Shown here: one piece after another, positions 1-11,166 of the stretch
How the letters are laid out: each line of letters starts with the position of its first letter
How positions within the stretch are numbered: the first letter of the stretch is position 1
Assembly (NCBI GenBank): GCA_030295235.1
Contig: AP026127.1
Span: forward strand, 1,178,001-1,242,000
Source: Fistulifera solaris
Taxonomy: Eukaryota
DNA length: 64,000 bases
Reading direction: 5' to 3'
The notes under the pieces: model-generated
What the model was told of the DNA's origin: nothing
Database searches by the model: none
What the model saw: the letters and a program-made list of their open reading frames with translations, nothing else
Translations under genes and position numbers: made by a program

Positions 1-1466
1 CACCTCTATCAAGGTCACCCAGCTGCAGAGGCTCAATTAGTTCATACAATGTGTCAATGTGGTCCGACAAAAAAAGAGCAGAACGCTGGAAGTCGTTCGA
101 AGCACTTTCCATCAAAGTGGTAGCCACCATCGATGGTCGGACGGGATCTTGCTTTACATGCTGGCCGGATGAACCCCAATAAAAGCGATTCAACATGTAG
201 AGTTTATCGACAAGAAGCCCGTCCGAGTAAACTCTATCTTTACCATCTGTCACTGTAACATTTCGGCTATGAGAAGAAGGCTCGCAGAAAACAGTAGTTG
301 GGACCAAAATCTTCTTGATCGGCTGCAGCTTTGAGGGTACGCAGTCTTTTGTGATCCTTCAAGCCATTGAAAAGTTTTTGTAAGTATGGTCCCCAAAACG
401 GTTCTTCCTCACAATCACTCAAACAAAGAACCTGCAAGTTAATATTCGAGTGTGCGGCTCGGATGAGTTCCTGTACAACATAGTCTGGCAGTTCGAAATT
501 AGACCCATAAAACTTGATATCGAGCTCCAAGAAATGGCCCAATTCAGCGACACGCCTCCAAAACGACACCATGAGGTCCGTGGGAAAGAACTCGTCTTCA
601 ATACCGACCGAGAGACAGAGTTTCTTAGCCACAATGTTCAAGACCGACAAGTCAGTATCTAACGCAGACGCCGAGAAAATGCAATAGTCAAGGGACTCTA
701 CTTTTGCGGTCAACGGGAGAAGAGCAAGTTCGTCGTTTTCCAGAATCGGTAATTCCAAATGATCTAGCACTTCCAGATCCAAAAGCAGTTTGAGGTTTTC
801 GTCATTCAATGCATCGCAATCAATAGCTAATGAACCAAACGCTGCTGTACGCATTTTTAGCGCATCAACAAACGCAGTGCCCTTGTCTTCAAATATGCAT
901 TCCGACATGTACAACCACATAGGTTGAGGTCTCGTGGCCAAAGCAACAGATTGTGCTACACTTAGTTTAATTGCATTCAATTCCATTTGAAATGACGGTA
1001 CCGTGTCCATCAAACGCTGGAGACATTGATCTCCCGCAGCACGAAAATCAAAGTCAGTGCGGTTGAATCTTACTAACAGATAAGGGTTGTTTTTCAGTGT
1101 CGATTCCTCCAAATTCAAGAAATAGGCTGCCGTTTGTGCGATTGCGTCGTCGCTTTTGCCAATAATGTAAAAGGTAGGACCTTTTTCCCAGGAGCTCAAC
1201 AAGAGGTATCTCTGACTGTAGTCACAACTGTGCGAAGAGTCGCCTTGCATGTGCGGTATGATATGCGTGAGCGTGTCGTTCTCTCGCCAAATAGTCACGG
1301 TATCCTCATTGGAGCAAATCTCTTCTAAGTTAATGGGATCACGCAGCAATTGATACGTCGATTGTCCGCTCCCTTAACGCCAGCGAGATACTTGCACCGG
1401 TTTGAGCAGAGACGACGGAATTTCTTGCAGCAAAGGACCCCTCGCTTCGTGGTTGGTCTTCATCAT
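1..1466 (-). pseudogene. Member of an expanded diatom hypothetical (LRR/RNI-like) family, paralog of 12923..14410; disrupted, and runs off the window edge
   Basis: ATG at 1466 (MMKTNHEARGPLLQEIP) is in frame with ORF 267..1349 but separated from it by TAA at 1374-1376. After a frameshift near 275-285 another frame continues SHSRNVTVTDG..DGLLVDKLYMLNRFY..SASNDFQRSALFLSDH, matching the paralog C-terminus. Shared motifs include LLRDP, FEDKGTAFVDAL, VVQELIR and GLKDHKRLRT. Confidence 0.65.
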
Positions 1467-2089
1467 GTTTGAGATTGATGAGAGGTTTGATGTCAAGAAC
1501 TCGAGGATCAAGATATTATGCTCTTTAATAATGTGCAAAATGGGACATGAAGACAACGCTACCAGGTAAAGTTGAGTTTTCGCCTTCCTTCAACGACATG
1601 TTTGAATTCTGGAGGGAAAGTTTTTTATTTGCTTTGAGCTTTGAATGACAATGGAAAAAGGACTCAGCTACTGTAAGGTTATGGCTCATTCCGCTCTGTG
1701 CTCTGTGAAGAACACGGTTTAAACAAGCCACTGCATTGTACATTTCCGGTACTGGCATTATTTGGGACTGTGGCTTTCGTGACACAAACGCAAGAAGAAC
1801 TGTGATTGTCCGTACCAATAGACCCTGTAGTCGTTGACATTTTGTTGATCCAGAATGTAATAAAGACGAAAGAGAAAGAGTGGAACTGTGGTTGCCGTGA
1901 CAATAATGACCGGACGTTTCGTTTAGGCTATAATGTAGACGAATCCTTTAACCCCTTCAACAAGCGGAATCTCCGGCTTTATTGCAGGTTGCAGGGCCGC
2001 TGTCTTTTCGCACAATTTTTATTCTTCTCCCGTTTCGCTCTTTCCATCTTCTTCTCTCTTTCTTTCATTTGAAGTCATCATCATTCATT

Positions 2090-3571
2090 ATGGCCCCGCG
2101 CAATAATAACAAGAAGAAGCAGGAGAACACTGGAGTCAGTCCGGTGTACGCTGGCAGTGCAATTGACCGCAGCTTCTTTGAATCCTTAACGGATGAGAAA
2201 TTGGCTCAGCATGTCTTCCCTTTGCCCGTTGACAACAAGTCAAAGCTGGAGATCATTTATCATTTCATTGATGAATTCTTTCGCCGCTTTCGTCTTCGCG
2301 TGACGCACAACGCGACGGAGAAAAAATGGTACCCCGGCACTTCCCCTGGAGATGACTTGGCCGGCAAGCCATGGGTCCATGCGTTCCGGGAAGATAAAAG
2401 ATTCAAGTACTGTGATCTTTATTGCAGTGCTTGTCGCAGTTGCCATGATACTTGTGCCCAAAAGGAAGGATCGAACTACACCAAGTTTCACGGGGAGGTC
2501 AGCGTGGTAGCTACAATCGCTTTCGAGAGTCTCTCGACCGCCAACGAAGGAGAGACAATGTACCGGGGCACTGTGTCTCGTTTATATTATCATCATGTCC
2601 ACAACGATGGCGGAGATTTGAAGCAGTTGATGATTGGTGGGTGGTGTGTTTTGTCGACGCCTCAGGACTCCGCTGGTGTCTATGCTAAAGCAATGGCTCA
2701 TTGTAAGGAATACCTCCATCCTGACAAAGGTACCACGGTCCAGCAGCATGAGAGTTTACTGCCAATCAATTTGGCGTCTGGCAAACGATCCAAGGACAAC
2801 AGATACTATTTGATGATGTCGGATGAGGGCGAAAGCTGGGACGAACGGCTCGTGAATGCTTGTTGCAATGATAAGAAGGACGGCACTAACCTTGTGGAGC
2901 TCGAGAAACACCAACAGGTGATTGTGTCTCTCTTTTATGCGATTTGCTGCAAGCTAGGATTGCAGGATTTCGCCTCTCCTTTCATTTACCCCATGAGTGA
3001 ATTTCGTGTCCAGAGTGGCGAGGAGAACCGCCGCGTCAATCCGCTATTCCGTCTTTTCTGCAATGAGGAGTCTTTGCTAGCAGGCGGTTTTGCTGATGAG
3101 GGATCATCTGTCCCAGCTCAACAATTGCATTGTGATCATGCGGATTCGGATATTTTTTATGGAACCACTGTGTCGCAATTTCCGCCAAAAGAATCCGACC
3201 TCGGGCAACTTCTTGCTGCTGGGATGTCCTTCATTCATCCATTGTCGGACAAAGGACGACATATCCAGGTTCTCAAATCCCTGCCTCATATTCAGCCGCA
3301 CCAGACCCTCGTCTTCTTGGGAAATGTTGCTCATGGAGGGGTTACTCATCTCTTGAAGAAAGACAAGTTTTTGGAAAAACTTACCTGGCCGGCTCTGCAT
3401 GGTCATATTGATGTAAAGACCAAAAAGAGAGAAGTTGGCCTTTTGACATACCTCAACAAAGACATTACGCATCTGAATTTTGAAAACTGGAACCTAAGAA
3501 AGCACAAAACAAGAAATCTACTAAATAAGTACCTTTTCTACCTACTTATTGCATTGACATTCCGCAGGTGA
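2090..3571 (+). CDS. Orphan protein with an N-terminal Cys/His-rich domain and a C-terminal 2OG-Fe(II) dioxygenase-like domain
   Basis: Uninterrupted ORF from ATG 2090. QQLHCD (HxD, 3128-3136) ... SFIHPL ... TLVFLGNVAHGG (distal His 3332-3334) fits the DSBH facial triad. The N-terminal part has YCSACRSCHDTC ... RLYYHHVH. Confidence 0.6.
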   Translation: MAPRNNNKKKQENTGVSPVYAGSAIDRSFFESLTDEKLAQHVFPLPVDNKSKLEIIYHFIDEFFRRFRLRVTHNATEKKWYPGTSPGDDLAGKPWVHAFREDKRFKYCDLYCSACRSCHDTCAQKEGSNYTKFHGEVSVVATIAFESLSTANEGETMYRGTVSRLYYHHVHNDGGDLKQLMIGGWCVLSTPQDSAGVYAKAMAHCKEYLHPDKGTTVQQHESLLPINLASGKRSKDNRYYLMMSDEGESWDERLVNACCNDKKDGTNLVELEKHQQVIVSLFYAICCKLGLQDFASPFIYPMSEFRVQSGEENRRVNPLFRLFCNEESLLAGGFADEGSSVPAQQLHCDHADSDIFYGTTVSQFPPKESDLGQLLAAGMSFIHPLSDKGRHIQVLKSLPHIQPHQTLVFLGNVAHGGVTHLLKKDKFLEKLTWPALHGHIDVKTKKREVGLLTYLNKDITHLNFENWNLRKHKTRNLLNKYLFYLLIALTFRR

Positions 3572-3664
3572 TCGGTTTACCTTCACGATTTGCAAGTCTA
3601 GGCCTATAGAGAGCATCTATTTGTAATTAGCACAAAAGCACGAAATATCCGACTAAAACAAATG

Positions 3665-4075
3665 TTTCGGGTCGTACCGAAATTCTGTGGAAGTTCCAGA
3701 AATTCTGGACTTAGTGTTATCGGTTTGCAGAAATGCTGTAAAAGCTAATTGTGGTTGTACCGAAATACGAAATACTGTGCAAGTTGTTGATCATGCAGTT
3801 CTTCTGTACAGTATACACGTTCCAGAAATTTTGGATACGGTGTTTCGGATCGTACCGAAATTTTGTGCATTGTGCACATTCCAGAATATCTGCACAAAGT
3901 TTATCTCGGTAATACAGAAATGCTGATGCATTTCCAGAAATTCTGGAGAAGTCGTTTTTGATCCTACCAAAACTGTGTGTGCGTTCCAGCGATTCTGGAC
4001 ACGGTGATAATATTATTGTTTATTGTTAGAACCAAAATTATGCGCGTTCCCGAAATCTGAAGCAAGCGGTTTTGT
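3665..4075 (-). repeat. Degenerate, inverted-orientation copies of the 52-bp palindromic repeat
   Basis: ttccagaaattctggac at ~3694, tccagaaattttggat at ~3822 and ttccagaaattctgga at ~3932, with flanks resembling the reverse complement of the unit in 4095-5135. Confidence 0.6.
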
Positions 4076-4094
4076 GTTCCTGCCGAAAATGGTA

Positions 4095-5135
4095 ATTGAA
4101 ATACACCTTCTCCACAATTAATGGACCGCCCCAGATTATCTGGACGAATGAAAAACACCGGGTTTGGAGTTACTGGACCAGCCATGATTTTTGTGTGAAT
4201 GAAATACACCTGGTCCAGACTTTCTGAACCAGCCCAGATTTTGTGTACGAATAAAATACACCTGGTCCAGAATATCTGGACCATCACAGAATTTCTGTGT
4301 TAATAAAAACACCTGGTCCAGAATTTCTGGACCAGCCCAGATTTTGTGTATTAATGAAATACACCTGGTCCAGAATTTCTGGACCAGCCCAGATCGTGTG
4401 AATGAACGAAATACACGTGGTCCAGAGTTTCTGGACAAGCCCAGATTTTCTGTGTGAATGCAATACACCTGGTCCAGAATTTCTGGACCAGCCCAGATCG
4501 CGTGAATGAACGAATTACACCTGGTCCAGAATTTCTGGACCAGCCCAGATTTTGTGTATGAATGAAATACACCTGGTCCAGAATTTCTGGACCATCTCAG
4601 ATTTTGTGTATGAATGAAATACACATGGTCCAGAATTTCTGGACCAGCCCAGATCGCGTGAATGAATGAAAAACACCTGGACCAGAATTTCTGGACCAGC
4701 CCAGATTTTGTGTCTGAATGCAATACACCTGGTCCAGAATTTCTGGATTAGCGCAGATTTTCTGTGTGAATGAAAAGCACATGGTCCAGAATTTCTGGAC
4801 CAGCCCAGATTTTCTGTGTGAATGAAAAGCACATGGTCCAGAATTTCTGGACCAGCCCAGATTTTCTGTGTGAATGAAATACACCTGGTCCAGAATTTCT
4901 GGACCATCTCAGATTTTGTGTATGAATGAAATACACCTGGTCCAGAATTTCTGGACCAGCCCAGATTTTCTGTGTGAATGAAATACACCTGGTCCAGAAT
5001 TTCTGGACCAGCCCAGATTTTGTGTATGAATGAAATACACATGGTCCAGAATTTCTGGACCAGCCCAGATTTTCTGTGTGAATGAAAAACAACTGGTCCA
5101 GTATTTCTGGACCAGCCTAGATTTTGTGTACTGTA
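4095..5135 (+). repeat. Tandem array 1 of a 52-bp unit (~20 copies) with a 23-bp palindrome CTGGTCCAGAA-T-TTCTGGACCAG
   Basis: Consensus TGAATGAAATACACCTGGTCCAGAATTTCTGGACCAGCCCAGATTTTCTGTG; period 52 (e.g. 4871, 4923, 4975, 5027). Confidence 0.97.
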
Positions 5136-5463
5136 TGAATTATGAATACTGGACTGTAGTTTAGACTAGAGGTGCAGGCAAAGGGCAAGAAAAGTTCTCT
5201 CGTCAAGTTTAGTACCGGTACGATTGCGTAATTAACCACATGTCGTTTTCAAACTCAACGGCTCTCTTTCGCGGCGAGGAAATTCATTCTCAAGAGTGAA
5301 ATTTTTGCGGCGTCGATGCATGCATTGCCTCTTATTTGTTCACTCACCTCGCTCAGTGAAGCATTTAAAGCTTCGCTAGAGTACGTCATAGAGCTTTCTG
5401 GTTCATCGACTGGCGGTCGTGCATACAAATACGTTGATTTTATTGTGTCCTTAGCACAACAAG

Positions 5464-6544
5464 ATGAAACAAACGAGTCGGTTTACCTGCTCACGCCCGT
5501 GCGTGGCGTTCCTCGCTCTCATTGCGTTCGTCATGTTGTATTTCTCGCGTCAACAAACATTGGATGATTTAGACACAACGTCACAAGAAAAGCATAACCA
5601 CGTCGATGTCAATCCTACCTTTGGTGATGCACCGAGTGATAAACGAAATCCCATTCGTCAGATTAGTATTTTAGGTGAACGAAACAGCGGTACACGATGG
5701 ACCTTTGAGTACGTATCATTTGCTGCTGTTATGCCGCAGCTTGTTTCATTTCGGCTTCTAATTGCTTCATTACAGTCACATGCTGGAATGCTTCGGTCAC
5801 GCCTTGACGGTGAAAAAGGGACTGGTTCGCTATAAGCATTGGTTTCAATACGAAGACTCGTCGCTGTATCCGCACGACACACTCGTCTTGGCGCAGTTCC
5901 GAAACCCCTATGATTGGTTGCAAGCCATGCAGCGTGTGCCGCATCACAGTCCGGCTCATTTGAGTACAGCTGTCGATCACAAATGGGAGATTTTCTTGTC
6001 CAAACCGTGGACGATGGAACGGATCGGGAGCGATTTGTGGCCCAATCGAACGAGTGACGAAGACAGTCCGGCCAAGAACTGTCAACAGAAATTCAAGTAT
6101 CGAGACATTATTAGTTGCGATATCGAACCTTTGCCGCATGAAGCGTACAAACACACGATTCGTTACAGTGAACATCAACCATTTTACGAAATGCGAAATG
6201 ATGGTTCGGGGGAGCCGTTCGCCAATATCATGGAAATGAGAACGGATAAGATTCGGAATTTTCTGTCGGTCGTGGACTATGAAGGTGTTGCGGATGTGTG
6301 GGTGTTGCAGTATGAGTATCTGGTTCACAAAGGAACACAAAATTTAATTGATAAAGTGGCCGAATGGACGGGCATCGAACCAAAGTGTCAAGCCAAAGGA
6401 TCGCAGGTCCGCAAACCTAAAAAGACGAGAATTGTACCAACCGAAATGGCACGATTTATTCGTGAAAATCTAGATTGGGATGTGGAAAGGTCGATCGGAT
6501 ACAACATTGATTTGAAACGGGAAGAAGTCGGCTGGGATTGGTAA
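5464..6544 (+). CDS. Sulfotransferase-like type II membrane protein (2 exons; intron 5709-5775)
   Basis: N-terminal TM segment, ILGERNSGT PAPS-binding-like loop, YKHWFQ, and FRNPYDWL motif. The GT..AG intron joins RWTF-D-HMLECF in frame. Confidence 0.7.
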
Positions 6545-6630
6545 ATGCGACAGCTCGATGCCAGTATATACAATAGAACGATGAATAGCGATGTTAACAA
6601 CGATAGTTTTAGCGTAATCGTTTAACTATT

Positions 6631-9528
6631 TTAAACATTTTGCAAGGTTTCCATGAGTACACTCGCATCCTTATCAGCTAGGCAACTTCCGACAATAGCT
6701 CCCGTGGCTCCAGCTTCCTTTATTTGCTTGACGTAGTCCGTGGCGTCATCACCTATAAGTCCTACTCGGCCTTGAACCAAAAATTGTATGTCTCCGTGTC
6801 GCTCCTTCAGTTCTTCAAAAGTGTCACTTTTTAATAAGGAAAGAGCTTGAGCACCTGTCAAGTCGTACATGTAGTCTTCGAGAAGTCGGTTCGAAAATAT
6901 GAGGCCGTGAATGCTGCCTTTTTCGAGAGCCATTACGGCCCGCATTTGTACTTCCGAAGTCACTTTGACGAATACTTGAAACTGCAAACTAGCTGCAATT
7001 TTCGATAAATACAAAAGATCTTTCGCCGCAAGTGCTCCAGCTATCAGCGATACGGCATCTGCCCCCGCGAGTCGAAGTTTGTACAACTGATATGGGTACA
7101 GGATCAAATCGATTGCTAGCACCGGCGGAACAACAACCCCATCTTCTGACATCATGTCAAGTGCTGCTTTTGCGGTCTCTTCTCTCACAGTTTGTATATC
7201 GCTAAGGGATCCGCCAAAGAAGATGGGGTCGCAGTTGACCGCCATGGCTGGGGCTCCAGCCTGAACGAATGTTCGGGAGAGCTTGGCTAGATCGTATCGA
7301 CGTCGCAGCGATCCACCAACTGGATCAGATTTTTTGAATTCTGGGATTATGATGAATTGGCCGTTTTGAGCCGCAGCTCTAAGACTGGCAACAAAGTCAC
7401 GGGGCTTGGGCATAGTTGGATCCGTTGCCGAAAGTCGGCACTGAGAAACTAAATTCGCCAGAGGAACTCGTTCACGGAATCGATCCACTTCTGTTTCTTT
7501 CTCCCACATGAATTCTTCCAGCGCACTCGAAGCAACGGCCGTCTTTTCAGCAACACTCCATTCGACAGTAGACACAGTAAGGGCCCTGCCCGAATGAATT
7601 TCTCTTCGTTTCAAAATGAGTTCGCCATCCTCACCCCGAGGTGCTTTCGAGGTCAGAGTCTGAGGGCCGATCTTAGTGTCAGCGTCGTCTCCGTCACTTT
7701 CATCATCCGAGATTTCCTTTCTTTCTGAGCTTTCGTTTTTAGCTTGTTTCGGATTGTAGATTGCCCTACCGGAGTGACTGCCAACGAGAAAATATCCAGT
7801 AGCACTACCTTGTATGGTATTTCCAGACAACAGTACTCCATTGGAAAAGAAGCCACTGATGCAACTGACCGATGGCAACATTCGGGCAGCAGTGCTGCTT
7901 TCGTAATACTGCTTGCCTTGAAAAAACTTGCTACCACGATCGAGTGTAGGAATGATGAGGCATCCGACTGCCTCAAACTTGACTTTGGGTTTGTCTTCTT
8001 CGGCAGCAAACTGCTCACCTAATAACCTCTTCTTGTAGCCGATCCACAAAGCCTCTACTTCCTTTTTCGCAAACTCACTTTCACGCACAAAGAATCGCAT
8101 TCGGCTGCCAGGTGTAACATTAACTTTACCCAACGGCAGTGTGACGCTGCCGTCCTTCATCCCGGCCGTAGCTACCTGATGAACTGTGAACCGATGTCCT
8201 TGTCCCTCGGCGAGTCTCAAAAGTTCGGAAACGGTCCGTGCCGTCATGGGACCCTGCTGCTGTTCCAGTCCGATCAATAAAGTACGTCTCATGAAGGCTT
8301 GATCATCATCCGAAAGCGTCCTCATCAAAAATTGGCTTCCGCCAAGACTGGCTTGGGGATTCTGGCCTTGGCATACGCTTGTGCCTGTCGCGCTTTGACA
8401 TCCATCTCTTTTCATCCTCTTCATCGTCTTCCTCCTCCTCTTCTTGCTCTTCTTCTTCTTTCAATGCTTCTGTAGCTGCCTCATCGAGTACAATAGCATT
8501 GATGGTAGAGTCTTCACCTTTGAGAATTTGATAAATACCTCCTACCGCCTTGGCACCTTGTGCCGTCATGGTTTGTATCTGCACATCCCCTTGCAACATG
8601 ACTCCAGTACAACCGTTCGTGTGAAAGGTGGGACTGGAGGAATGTGCTGACCATTGATAGAGTTTGGCACGACTGAGAGACGACACGGTCGACGCAATGC
8701 CCCCACAATCGTGCATTGGGGAAAGTAGGTTTCCAATCCCAACAACAATGCATCCACTTGGGTCGAGAACGCCGGACTGGGCACGAGAAGAAACGATGTT
8801 GGCAATTGATCCAGAGTATCTTCTCCGGCAGCACTGCGCGGCAACAAACCGACTTCTTTTTTCCATTCCTTGGCGTCCAATTGGTCCATATCGTCCGGCA
8901 AATCCTCCAAATGAAACGTTCGAACCGTCGTATCCGGAAAGATTGCCAGGGTAACAATGACCGCCGGAATCCCTTCGTATTCGACCGTATCACACGCTTG
9001 CATGGTATTCAAAACCGGTGCACCCCCGATGCATCCCGCCACGGAACTCCCAATGAGATTTTGAATTTGAACACCAAAGGAAGACGCCGAAGCCAAAATG
9101 GTCGGTACCGTCAAAGTCGAGGGTTGTTGCGTTCCACCATCGTACAGTGATGACACGGATACCATGGCCAAGTCGACTGTTATAGGTTGTTCTTCCGTGG
9201 CAGTGGGTAGAGACCGCAATGCCATGGTGACGGCTTCTTGTAAAGCTTCGACGAGATTGGAGTTACTCGAATGACCTGTACTCATGGCCATGGGTTGATT
9301 GAGATCCATTTGTTCCGTTGAAAATGTTTGGGCAGAGAGATATCGTTTGGATTGTTGCGAAACATGACAAATGTTTGCATGTTGGTGGTATCGATGAAGA
9401 GACGCAAAAGTGAAGGCATGAGTTTGTTGCACAAACGACGTGCTCATGAGCCAGAATGAGGCAAGCGCGAGCAGCATTTGCAACTGTATACTACCATCCC
9501 TTCTTCTTGTACGTTGTGAGATCATCAT
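6631..9528 (-). CDS. Plastid-targeted fusion of FIST_N/FIST_C domains and an indole-3-glycerol-phosphate synthase (TrpC)-like TIM barrel; about 3 homopolymer frameshifts
   Basis: Signal peptide ending THA|FTF. FIST motifs LIGSSVAGCIG, FPQCTIVGGIAS, AQGAKAVG, RMRFFVRE and ISGFFSNG. TrpC-like motifs LEEFMWEKETEV, PRDF, IPEFKKSDP, FFGGSLSD, YQLYKLRLAGADAV and NRLL. Frames join at homopolymers near 8700, 8410 and 8328. Confidence 0.8.
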
Positions 9529-9857
9529 TTTGTTGTCGAGAAGGGTTTCCCTGCAATAACAATCTCAACTTGTTATACTGTCTTTTGTTGTCACCGCAAC
9601 AACAATGAGAAAAAAGAGGCAACACAAAAAAATGCGACGACGAGGCACGAGGCAGCCGCGAGCACGAATTTTGGTCAGTACGTCCGTCCGCTTTTCACTG
9701 CGACATGGATCAGTCACCCACTATTAATCTTAGTGTAACCTGGTCCCTGGTACGGTACCGTACTTGCCGCATTATTGCGTCGCTTGTCGTCTGCACGCAA
9801 CACCATGGCGTGCAATGATGAGAAACACGAAGTAATCATTAACTGCATGCAACAAGG

Positions 9858-9876
9858 TAACAACAACAACAACAAC
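9858..9876. repeat. (AAC)n microsatellite upstream of PP2A
   Basis: aacaacaacaacaacaac seen directly. Confidence 0.8.
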
Positions 9877-9989
9877 GTTGAGACTACCATTACTGACTAA
9901 ACAGTCGAATTCGTTGAACAAAGACATTTTCAGCGGAGAAACGCGATAAGTAATTCACAGCAATTCATTTCGACGCAACTACAAAAAAA

Positions 9990-11025
9990 ATGGACGAAAC
10001 CGCCGACACCCCGTCATCACCCGAGATGAATGCCACGGCGAGTGCCGCCGCGGCCACACCCCTTCCTCCTCAATCATCAACTGCTACGTTAGATCTCGAA
10101 AAATCATACGCCGATCTCGAAGCGTGGTTGGCCAAATTGACACAAGGAACACCCCTTACGGAAGCTGAAGTCAAACTGCTAACGGAACTCGCCCGCGAGC
10201 GTTTGTTGCAGGAATCCAACGTGCAGCCGGTACCGGCGCCCGTCACCATTTGTGGAGATATACACGGTCAATGGCATGATCTCATGGAGCTCTTTCGGAT
10301 TGGAGGGAGTGCGCCCGATACGAATTATTTGTTCATGGGAGATTATGTCGATCGGGGTTACTATTCCGTCGAAACCGTTTCCTTACTCGTTTGTTTGAAA
10401 GTTCGTTACCCCGATCGCGTCTTTATACTTCGTGGGAATCATGAATCACGACAAATTACGCAAGTCTACGGATTCTACGACGAGTGTGTTCGAAAGTATG
10501 GTTCTGCGAATGTCTGGAAATTGTTTACCGACTTGTTTGATTACTTCCCCTTGACGGCCGTCGTCGATAACGCCATCTTTTGTTTACACGGTGGTCTATC
10601 GCCAAGCATCGATACACTGGATCATGTCCGACAACTCGATCGCGTCCAAGAAGTCCCCCACGAAGGTCCCATGTGCGATTTGTTGTGGAGTGATCCGGAC
10701 GATCGGACCGGGTGGGGCATTTCGCCACGGGGCGCCGGATTTACCTTTGGCGCCGACATTTCGGCCGCCTTCAATGCCCGGAATGGATTGACGACGGTGG
10801 CGCGGGCGCATCAACTGGTCATGGAGGGATACAATTGGAGTCATGAAGGTGCCGTCGTGACCATCTTTTCGGCACCCAATTATTGCTATCGTTGTGGGAA
10901 TCAAGCGGCGATTTTAGAAGTCGATGAAAATAGAACCAATCAGCAGTTTTTACAGTTTGATCCGGCTCCGCGACGAGGTGAACCGAGTACGCTCAATCGA
11001 AAAAACACCCGATTACTTTTTGTAG
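9990..11025 (+). CDS. PPP2C: Ser/Thr protein phosphatase 2A catalytic subunit
   Basis: GDIHG, GDYVDRG, LRGNHE and [11 protein letters not shown] motifs. Removing one A from the run at 11000-11005 restores the canonical C-terminus RKTPDYFL-stop (TAG 11023-11025). Confidence 0.95.
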
Positions 11026-11166
11026 TTTCGTTATAACAGCAATAGTAATAATATAAAAATGGTTAATGTTGAAAGTATTTGCTCTATCTTTTGCTTGTAC
11101 CGATCCTGTGTAAGACTTCTCTTTTGCTGTTTTTATTGAAAAGTCAATGTGAAGTTTGGGTTATGA

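Noticed and set aside
1948..1965. piggyBac-like left end TTAA-CCCC upstream of the dioxygenase ORF
   Set aside because: No matching GGGG-TTAA right end was found after the array.
4095..5135. CRISPR array (palindromic repeat with regular spacing)
   Set aside because: The intervening 29 bp are near-identical variants rather than unique spacers, there are no cas genes, and the context is eukaryotic.
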